Source: Acidimicrobiia bacterium
GTDB taxonomy: Bacteria; Actinomycetota; Acidimicrobiia; Spongiisociales; ZC4RG35
Reading direction: 5' to 3'
DNA: 64,000 nt
Assembly: GCA_965215185.1 (NCBI GenBank)
Contig: OZ244034.1
Location: 1,184,001 to 1,248,000 of the forward strand
How positions within the stretch are numbered: position 1 is the first letter of the stretch; each line of letters starts with the position of its first letter. Shown one piece after another: positions 1-7,589 of this stretch. The translations under genes were made by a program, and so were the position numbers. The notes under the pieces were generated by a model. It did no database searches, was not told the origin of the DNA, and worked only from the letters and a program-made list of their open reading frames with translations.

Positions 1-858
1 GTTCACCGGCCCGGGAACCGCTCCGTCGGAGTCACCATAGTCCACCGTGAACCTCTCCCCTTCAATTGTGACCGTCACCGCCATCCTGATCAAGTCATGG
101 GAGACCCCGTCATCATCCAACCAGTCATAGGCCGACCACTTCCCATCGGGCATGGCTCGCACCGCCTCCCGGGCCGTCTCAGCCCCGTGCTCGATGATCA
201 GATCGACCGCCTCATCAACAGCGCTCAAGCCGAACTTCTCCCAAATCTGATGAAGCCGCCGCTCCCCCACCCGTAGACAGGCGACCTGGGCATTGAAGTC
301 GCCGGTGATATTCACCGGCAACCTGGAGTTGTATCGCAGGATGGCCATCATCTGCGGGTCGACCTCTCCCCGCCGGACCAGCTTAACCGCCGGGAGGATC
401 AGCCCCTCCTGATGTACGGAAGTGGAATCCAACACATAACCGGGATCCTTGGCGCCCAAATCCATCCAATGGGCCCGCACCGCCAGATAAGCATCGGGCG
501 CCTCACTGCCCTCGCAGAACACCGGAGCGAACATCATGGCGTCGGCAGCGTGGGCGCCGCTCCAATAGGGATAGTTGAGGATTACCACGTCACCGGGATG
601 AAGGTTTTCAACACCCACTCTCTCCACACCCTTGACAATTGCGTAGTCGTTGGCGCCCAGGAAGGAAAGGAGCCCCGACGACTCGGCGATCAGCCGATGG
701 TTCCGGTCGTACATGGAGATACCAAAATCCAGCACCTCATAGATGACCGGGTTGAAAGCGGTCCTCACCAGGGTTCGGCGCATCTGCTCAGCCGTGGAGT
801 TGAGATAGTGACGGATCACCTCCACGGTGGCGCCATCCAGAGTGGGACCGGCATTCAT
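1..858 (-). CDS. Hydantoinase B/oxoprolinase-family subunit, third tandem copy (3' end runs off window edge)
   Basis: Not in the ORF track; manual translation from ATG at 858 gives MNAGPTLDGATVEVIRHYLNS...NYPYWSGAHAADAM...RAHWMDLGAKDPG, collinear with the two neighbouring copies. Confidence 0.93.
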   Translation of the reverse strand, partial: MNAGPTLDGATVEVIRHYLNSTAEQMRRTLVRTAFNPVIYEVLDFGISMYDRNHRLIAESSGLLSFLGANDYAIVKGVERVGVENLHPGDVVILNYPYWSGAHAADAMMFAPVFCEGSEAPDAYLAVRAHWMDLGAKDPGYVLDSTSVHQEGLILPAVKLVRRGEVDPQMMAILRYNSRLPVNITGDFNAQVACLRVGERRLHQIWEKFGLSAVDEAVDLIIEHGAETAREAVRAMPDGKWSAYDWLDDDGVSHDLIRMAVTVTIEGERFTVDYGDSDGAVPGPVN

Positions 859-875
859 CTCATTCGCCGCCGGAT

Positions 876-2600
876 TCAGGACAGCGGGCGATCCAGACGC
901 GCCCCGGTAGCGGTGGCGGTCCCATCCTCCTCCAACTTGACCCCATACACTCTTTCCGCCTGTTCCACCGACACATATTCGTCCAGAACGTCCTCTCGCA
1001 CCAACTCGATGGGACGATCCAGAGGATCACCCCATCCTCCCCCACCCGCTGAAAGGTTACGGAACCCCTCTCCCGGCTGCATGGTGAATCTTTCCATCCG
1101 CGCCCGGTGAGCGCGTTCGGTGTCCGGCCACACGATCATGGCATTGGTCTCCGGCTCATGCCCACCCCGCAACGCCCACGGCTTGGTCTTGGTCTTCTTC
1201 TTCATCGACAGCATCTCGCCGGTGGCAAGGAACTTCACCTCCCGGCAGATTCCCAGGCCACCCCTCCATCTGCCCGCCCCGCCCGAATCCTGACGCAACT
1301 CCAATCGCTGGTGAAAGATCGGAGACTTGTGCTCCAAGACCTCCATCGATGTGTTTCGGACCGCGCTGGTGGAGGGATGCTGCAGGGCGTTGGCACCGTC
1401 GTGATTCGGTGTGGCTCCCCATCCGATTCCCTCGTTGTTGCTGACCGCGTACATGTCTTCGGTGTCGGGATGGGTCCCCACGGCCATGAATCCCGGCTCG
1501 TCGGAGCCGGAAGAGGCATGGATCTGAGCCATCCCTTGCGCCAGGGCCTTATTGATCAACTCGAAGGCCGCCATACCGGTCCAGAGGGTGAAGGTGGCCG
1601 CTGGGTATACGGCGTGAAACAGGTTGCCCGGCGGGCAGGATACCGTCAGCGGTGCATAGTGGCCGTGGTTGGCAGGAGTATCGGGGGTGGTGAGGGACTT
1701 GAACACCGTCTTCGCCAGGCTCAAGGTCTTCCCGAAGGGCATGTTTACCGGCCCGGGCACCGCCCCGTCGGAGTCGCGGTAGTCAACCGTGAACTTGTCT
1801 CCTTCGATGGTGACCGTAACCGCCATTCTTATCAGGTCGTGGGAGATCCCGTCATCATCCAGCCAGTCGAAGGCCGACCATTGACCGTCGGGCATGGCCC
1901 GCACAGCTTCGGAGGCGGTCTGCGCGCCGTGCTCGACAATGCGATCGATGGCGGTGTCCACTTTGGCCAGCCCGAACTTTTCCCAAATCTGGTGAAGACG
2001 GCGCTCCCCCACCCGAATGGCGGAAATCTGAGCGTTGAAATCCCCGATGATGGTGTCGGGCATCCGGGAGTTGTATCGGAGGATGTCCATGATCTGGGGA
2101 TCGACCTCTCCCCGGTTGATCAGTTTTATTCCCGCAAAGATCAGACCCTCCTGATGCATGGAGGTGGAATCCAGCACATAGCCGGGGTCCTTGGCGCCCA
2201 AATCCATCCAATGCGCCCTCACCGCCAGATAGGCGTCGGGGAGTTCGCTGCCCCTACAGAACACCGGCGTAAACAACATGGCGTCGGAGACATGAGCACC
2301 GCTCCAATAGGGATAGTTGATCATCACCACATCGCCTGGATGAAGGTTCTCTACTCCCACCTTCTCAACGCCCTTGTGGATGGCATAATCGTTGGCGCCC
2401 AAGAAAGAAAGTATGCCCGACGACTCTGATATCAGCCGACGGTTGCGGTCGTACATGGAGATACCGAAGTCCAGCACCTCATAGATGACCGGGTTGAAAG
2501 CAGTTCTCACCAGGGTGCGGCGCATCTGTTCAGCCGTCGAGTTGAGATAGTGACGGATCACCTCCACGGTGGCGCCATCCAGGGTAGGACCGGTACTCAT
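876..2600 (-). CDS. Hydantoinase B/oxoprolinase-family subunit, second tandem copy
   Basis: ORF 876..2741, start moved to ATG 2600 (MSTGPTLDG) by alignment to paralogs; motifs LVRTAFNPVIYEVLDF, GAHVSD, RAHWMD, DSGGAGRWRGG, GGGGWGDP. Confidence 0.93.
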   Translation of the reverse strand: MSTGPTLDGATVEVIRHYLNSTAEQMRRTLVRTAFNPVIYEVLDFGISMYDRNRRLISESSGILSFLGANDYAIHKGVEKVGVENLHPGDVVMINYPYWSGAHVSDAMLFTPVFCRGSELPDAYLAVRAHWMDLGAKDPGYVLDSTSMHQEGLIFAGIKLINRGEVDPQIMDILRYNSRMPDTIIGDFNAQISAIRVGERRLHQIWEKFGLAKVDTAIDRIVEHGAQTASEAVRAMPDGQWSAFDWLDDDGISHDLIRMAVTVTIEGDKFTVDYRDSDGAVPGPVNMPFGKTLSLAKTVFKSLTTPDTPANHGHYAPLTVSCPPGNLFHAVYPAATFTLWTGMAAFELINKALAQGMAQIHASSGSDEPGFMAVGTHPDTEDMYAVSNNEGIGWGATPNHDGANALQHPSTSAVRNTSMEVLEHKSPIFHQRLELRQDSGGAGRWRGGLGICREVKFLATGEMLSMKKKTKTKPWALRGGHEPETNAMIVWPDTERAHRARMERFTMQPGEGFRNLSAGGGGWGDPLDRPIELVREDVLDEYVSVEQAERVYGVKLEEDGTATATGARLDRPLS

Positions 2601-2617
2601 CTCATCGCCTCGGGGGA

Positions 2618-4345
2618 TCAGGGGGACAAGCGATCCAATCGCGCCTCGGTAGGCATGGCGGTTCCGTCCGCCTTCACCTTGACGCCATACACTCTTTCCG
2701 CCTGTTCCACTGACACATATTCGTCCAGAACGTCTTCCCACACCAACTCGATGGGACGATCCAAAGGATCACCCCACCCTCCCCCACCCGCTGAGAAGTT
2801 GCGGAACCCCTCTCCACGCTGCATGGTGAATCTCTCCATCCGCGCCCGATGGGCCCGGTCGGTGTCCGGCCACACGATCATGGTATTGGTGGTCTCCGGC
2901 TCGTGCCCACCCCGAAGCGCCCATGGCTTGGTCTTGGTCTTCTTCTTCATAGAAAGCAGTTCGCCTGTGGCAAGCCACTTCACCTCACGGCACACACCCA
3001 ACCCTCCCCGCCACCTGCCGGCCCCGCCCGAATCCTGCCGCAACTCCAGCCGCTCATGAAAGATGGGCGACTTGTGTTCCAAGACTTCCAGGGAGGTGTT
3101 TCTGACCGAGGTGGTGGAAAGATGCTGCAGAGCGTTAGAGCCATCGTGAGTCGGGGTGCCCCCCCAGCCGATCCCCTCGTTGTTGCTGACCGAGTACATC
3201 TCCCCAGTGTCGGGATGGGTTCCCACCGACATGAATCCCGGTTCGTCGGAACCGGAAGATGCGGCAATATGGTCCATCCCCTGGGCCAGTGCTTTGTTGA
3301 TCAACTCGAAGGACACCATTGCCGTCCAGAGAGTGTAGGTGGCGGCCGGATACACGGCATGGAACAGATTCCCGGGCGGACAGATCACCGTTAAAGGTTC
3401 ATAGTGGCCATGGTTGGCAGGAGTGTTGGGAGTGCTGAGGGACTTGAAAACGTTCTTGGCCTGACTCAACGTACTCCCGAACGGCATGTTCACCGGCCCG
3501 GGCACCCCGTCATCGGAGTCCCCATAGTCCACCGTGAACTTCTCCCCATCGATAGTGACCGTAACCGCCATCCTGATCAAATCATGGGAGACCCCGTCAT
3601 CATCCAACCAGTCGAAGGCCGACCATTGTCCATCGGGCATGGCCTGCACCGCCTCCCGGGCGGTCTGCGCGCCATGCTCGACTATCAGATCGATCGCCGT
3701 GTCCACATTGGCCAGCCCGAACTTCTCCCAAATCTGGTGAAGACGTCGCTCCCCGACCCGCATGGCGGAGATCTGAGCGTTGAAGTCCCCCATGATGGTC
3801 TCGGGCATCCGGGAGTTGTATTGCAGGATGGCCATGATCTGAGGATCGACCTCTCCCCGATTGATCAACTTCACGCCCGGCAGGATCAAACCCTCCTGAT
3901 GTATGGAGGTGGAGTCCAGCACATAACCGGGGTCCTTGGCGCCTAAATCCATCCAATGCGCCCGCACCGCCACATAGGCATCGGGGAGATCGCTCCCCTC
4001 ACAGAACACCGCGGTGAACATCATGGCATCGGCGGCGTGGGCGCCGCTCCAATAGGGATAATTGATTATCACCACATCGCCTGGGTGGAGGTTCTCAATG
4101 CCCACCTTTTCAATGCCCTTGTGAATGGCGAAGTCGTTGGCGCCCAGGAAAGAGAGTATTCCCGACGACTCCGATATCAGCCGACGGTGCCGGTCATAAA
4201 TGGAGATACCGAAATCCAGCACCTCATAGATAACCGGGTTAAAAGCGGTTCTCACCAGGGTGCGGCGCATCTGTTCAGCCGTCGAGTTGAGATAGTGACG
4301 GATCACCTCCACGGTGGCACCGTCCAGGGTGGGACCGGTACTCAC
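2618..4345 (-). CDS. Hydantoinase B/oxoprolinase-family subunit, first tandem copy
   Basis: 575 aa, GTG start overlapping the stop of the A subunit; same family motifs. Confidence 0.93.
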   Translation of the reverse strand: MSTGPTLDGATVEVIRHYLNSTAEQMRRTLVRTAFNPVIYEVLDFGISIYDRHRRLISESSGILSFLGANDFAIHKGIEKVGIENLHPGDVVIINYPYWSGAHAADAMMFTAVFCEGSDLPDAYVAVRAHWMDLGAKDPGYVLDSTSIHQEGLILPGVKLINRGEVDPQIMAILQYNSRMPETIMGDFNAQISAMRVGERRLHQIWEKFGLANVDTAIDLIVEHGAQTAREAVQAMPDGQWSAFDWLDDDGVSHDLIRMAVTVTIDGEKFTVDYGDSDDGVPGPVNMPFGSTLSQAKNVFKSLSTPNTPANHGHYEPLTVICPPGNLFHAVYPAATYTLWTAMVSFELINKALAQGMDHIAASSGSDEPGFMSVGTHPDTGEMYSVSNNEGIGWGGTPTHDGSNALQHLSTTSVRNTSLEVLEHKSPIFHERLELRQDSGGAGRWRGGLGVCREVKWLATGELLSMKKKTKTKPWALRGGHEPETTNTMIVWPDTDRAHRARMERFTMQRGEGFRNFSAGGGGWGDPLDRPIELVWEDVLDEYVSVEQAERVYGVKVKADGTAMPTEARLDRLSP

Positions 4346-6387
4346 CTCACCACCAGGTTCCCCAAGTGGTCGGGAACCGCCGTTTGGTCGCTATGGATAA
4401 TCGTCACGGAAGTGGGTTCACGAATAATGGCCGGACCCTCAATCTCCACTTCCGGTTGAAGGAGACGGCGCTCGTAGATGGAAAACAGGCGGCGCTCCCG
4501 GGTAGCGAAGTCGAAGGCAAAACGCTCCCCGACGCGACTGACCACCCCGTCACCCCGGGAGGCATTGCCGGTGTCAAGGTGGCCGGAGGGCTTCTCCAAG
4601 AGTCCGATTGCCCTGACCCGGGCGGTCAGGATCTGGATTTCCTCTTTCAGTTTGTGGCCGTAGCGCTCCAAGTGTTTGTCATGAAATTTGGCGGCTACGG
4701 ATTGGGTGTCGTGTGTCTCTTCCAAGTCGACCGACAACGTGTGCTCCTGACCGTTGTAACGCAGATCCAATCTCCTGAGCAACATCCTCATCTCGGGCGG
4801 CACCGACTGCGTGGCAAGCACTCGATCTGCCTCGGCCTCCAGTTGAACGAATAAACTATCCATCTGGGCCAGAGCAGCGTCATCCAGCATGGTCAGCACC
4901 GTCTGCCCCAAGTCGTACTCCAAGTCGGACATCAGCATCCCCCAAGCGGAGAACACCGCCGGAGCGGCGGGAACCACCACTTCGGGCAGTTCCATCTCCC
5001 TGGCCAGAAGGGGCGCCAGCATCGGCCCGGCGCCTCCGAATGCCACCAGCGCAAACTCTCTGGGATCCAGACCTCTCTCCACGGTGATTTCGCGGATGGC
5101 GCCGACGGTGCGGGCTAGCAGCACGTCGAAGACCGAGGCAGCGGCTCGCCCGGTGGACATGCCCAGCGGTTCGGCCAGTTTCTCGGTGACGCCACGCACC
5201 GCCGCGTCCAGGTCGAGACTCATCTCTCCTCCCAGGAACTCGTCTGCCGCCAAGTACCCCAGACACAAGGAAGCGTCGGTGACAGTCGGCTCGGTGTTGC
5301 CCCGGCCGTAGCAGATCGGTCCGGGATCGGCGCCGGCGCTGTGGGGGCCTACTCGAAGGAGCCCCTTGTCCATCCAGGCGATAGATCCACCTCCCGCGCC
5401 GATAGTGCGGATGTCGAACACCGGGATACGGATCGGAAGACTCTCGATCTCTGCTTCATAGACCTCGGTGGGCACCCCATCCACGATCACGCAGGCATCC
5501 AGACTAGTTCCTCCCACATCAAAGGAGATGAGAGCGGAGCGTCCGGTGGCCTCTCCCAAGCTGATCGTCCCGGCGATGCCACCGGCCGGACCGGAAAAAA
5601 CGGTGAGCAGGGGTGACACCCGGGCTATCTCCGAAGTCATCGCCCCGCCCGCCGAACGCATTATCAAGAAGGAGCCGTCGAAGCCCCCCTCACGCAACCG
5701 GTCTTCCAAATCGGTGAGATATCGACCCAAAATAGGCCGGATATAGGCATCGGCGACCGCGGTGGAAGTCCGCTCATATTCGTGATATTCCCTTACCAGA
5801 TCGACCGAGACGGACACCGAAAGGTTGGGAAACGCCTTGGTCAGGATGCTCTTGGCAGTCTCTTCGTGTTCGGTGTTGGCATAGGAATGGAGGAAGCAAA
5901 CCGCCACCGACTCCACTCCCCGCTCGGACAGAAGACGCCCCGCCTCGATCACCGCTTCCTGGTCGAGTTCCTCCACCACCTTGCCACGGTGATCGACACG
6001 CCCGGGCACCCCCACCGTGTGACGGCGGCGCACCAACAGTTGCGGGCGACGGTACTGGAAGTCGTACATTGAACCACTGGGCAGATCTCCCCGGGCTATC
6101 TCGAAGATGTCCCGAAAACCGGCATTGGTGATGATGCCGGTCACCGCCCCCTTGCGTTCCAGGATGGCGTTGACCCCCAAGGTGGTGCCGTGGGTGTAAA
6201 CCGAGGCCTGTTCGAGGGAGGCGTTGGTTGCCCGGGTAGCGGTGATCACTCCGTCGGCTGGAGCGGCGGGGGTGGTGGGAGCCTTTCGCACCGTGATCTT
6301 CCCGCTCTGCTCGTCATAGGCGATGGCGTCGACGAAAGTTCCACCGATGTCCACCGCCAAGCGGTATTTGCGTTTAGTCATGCTCAT
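4342..6387 (-). CDS. Hydantoinase A/oxoprolinase-family ATP-binding subunit
   Basis: AVDIGGTFVD, HGTT, EYERTST, SGPAGG, DVGGTS, IGAGGGS, FGGAGP motifs. Confidence 0.94.
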   Translation of the reverse strand: MSMTKRKYRLAVDIGGTFVDAIAYDEQSGKITVRKAPTTPAAPADGVITATRATNASLEQASVYTHGTTLGVNAILERKGAVTGIITNAGFRDIFEIARGDLPSGSMYDFQYRRPQLLVRRRHTVGVPGRVDHRGKVVEELDQEAVIEAGRLLSERGVESVAVCFLHSYANTEHEETAKSILTKAFPNLSVSVSVDLVREYHEYERTSTAVADAYIRPILGRYLTDLEDRLREGGFDGSFLIMRSAGGAMTSEIARVSPLLTVFSGPAGGIAGTISLGEATGRSALISFDVGGTSLDACVIVDGVPTEVYEAEIESLPIRIPVFDIRTIGAGGGSIAWMDKGLLRVGPHSAGADPGPICYGRGNTEPTVTDASLCLGYLAADEFLGGEMSLDLDAAVRGVTEKLAEPLGMSTGRAAASVFDVLLARTVGAIREITVERGLDPREFALVAFGGAGPMLAPLLAREMELPEVVVPAAPAVFSAWGMLMSDLEYDLGQTVLTMLDDAALAQMDSLFVQLEAEADRVLATQSVPPEMRMLLRRLDLRYNGQEHTLSVDLEETHDTQSVAAKFHDKHLERYGHKLKEEIQILTARVRAIGLLEKPSGHLDTGNASRGDGVVSRVGERFAFDFATRERRLFSIYERRLLQPEVEIEGPAIIREPTSVTIIHSDQTAVPDHLGNLVVR

Positions 6388-6405
6388 TTCTGGGGGGCGT
6401 AGCGG

Positions 6406-7587
6406 TCAGGGGGCCGGTCGGTCGTCCCGCACCACCCGGCCGGACTGCATAACGAAGGAGATATCTCTCATCGCCGCCACATCCGACAACGGGTTTTCTT
6501 CAACGGCGACCAGATCAGCAACTTTACCCTCCTCAACGGTACCGATTTCCGACTCCAATCCCAAGAGCCGAGCGGCGTTGGAAGTGGCCCCCGCCAGCGC
6601 CAGTTGCGGGTGCAGACCGGCGCCTTCCATAAGCCCCATCTCGTGCACCGCCACCGAGGTTCCCCCGATGGGATCACCGGGGGGATAGTCGGTTCCGTTC
6701 ACCATGGTCACCCCGGCCGCCACCGCCCGGCGGATGCTGGCCAGGTGCATGGGACCTACCTGTAGAGAGGTCTCGATCTGGAATTCTTCGAATCCCTTCC
6801 ATCTCATCCACTCTTGTGAGCGGGTGACACATAGGGTGGGAGTAAGGAACACTCCTTTTGCCGCCATCCTCCCAGCCGTCTCCTCGTCCAAGTCGTAAGC
6901 GTGCTCGAAGGAGCGGATTCCGGCATCCAGGGCCCGCTTGATGGCCAGGGAGGATCCAGCATGAGCCACCACATAGGTGTCGCGATCGGAAGCGGCGTCC
7001 ACCGTCGCCTGCATCTCGGCCAGGCTCATCTCCGGATGGTCAAACTTCTCTCCCATATTGGCGATTCCCCCGGTGATGAACACCTTGATGTGTGAACAAC
7101 CCGAATCCAATTCAGCCAGGGCCGCCTCGCGGAAGGCCTCCGGTCCGTCGGCAATAACGCTGCCAATCCCATCGCCATGACCGCCGGTAGTGGAGATCGC
7201 CCGACCGGCCCCCACGATCCTGGGAACATCAGCCCAGCCGGCCCGAGCCGCCTTTGCCAGCAGCAAGTCCGCCTGATTCAACTCATGCACGCAGCGGATG
7301 GTGGTGACTCCCGCCCGCAGGGCATCCTGCGCCCTCTGATAGGAGCGGAGCACGGTGAGCCCCGGATTCTCATTTTCGTCGGTGGCGGAAAAGGGATAGA
7401 CCACCGACAGATGAGTATGCACCGAGATCAGACCGGGAACCAAATAACGCCCATCTAGGCTAATTCGTTCCCCGGCGCCCGGCTGTTTTTGGATAGAGCC
7501 GATCCTTCCTTCGGAGATCTCCACACTCACCCCGTCCCGGATCTCCCCGGTGACAACATCCACCACCCTGGCATCGGTCAGCCACAT
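6406..7587 (-). CDS. Metal-dependent amidohydrolase (prolidase-like subgroup)
   Basis: PGLISVHTH (HxH), IKVF lysine, VAHA, FEHA, GTD, GKVADLV motifs; AGGAGG ahead of ATG 7587. Confidence 0.88.
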   Translation of the reverse strand: MWLTDARVVDVVTGEIRDGVSVEISEGRIGSIQKQPGAGERISLDGRYLVPGLISVHTHLSVVYPFSATDENENPGLTVLRSYQRAQDALRAGVTTIRCVHELNQADLLLAKAARAGWADVPRIVGAGRAISTTGGHGDGIGSVIADGPEAFREAALAELDSGCSHIKVFITGGIANMGEKFDHPEMSLAEMQATVDAASDRDTYVVAHAGSSLAIKRALDAGIRSFEHAYDLDEETAGRMAAKGVFLTPTLCVTRSQEWMRWKGFEEFQIETSLQVGPMHLASIRRAVAAGVTMVNGTDYPPGDPIGGTSVAVHEMGLMEGAGLHPQLALAGATSNAARLLGLESEIGTVEEGKVADLVAVEENPLSDVAAMRDISFVMQSGRVVRDDRPAP

Positions 7588-7589
7588 CT

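Noticed and set aside
412-4459. Long plus-strand ORFs (e.g. 1107..2429, 440 aa) repeated three times
   Set aside because: Antisense shadows of GC-rich hydantoinase B genes with no recognisable motifs; their repetition simply mirrors the duplication
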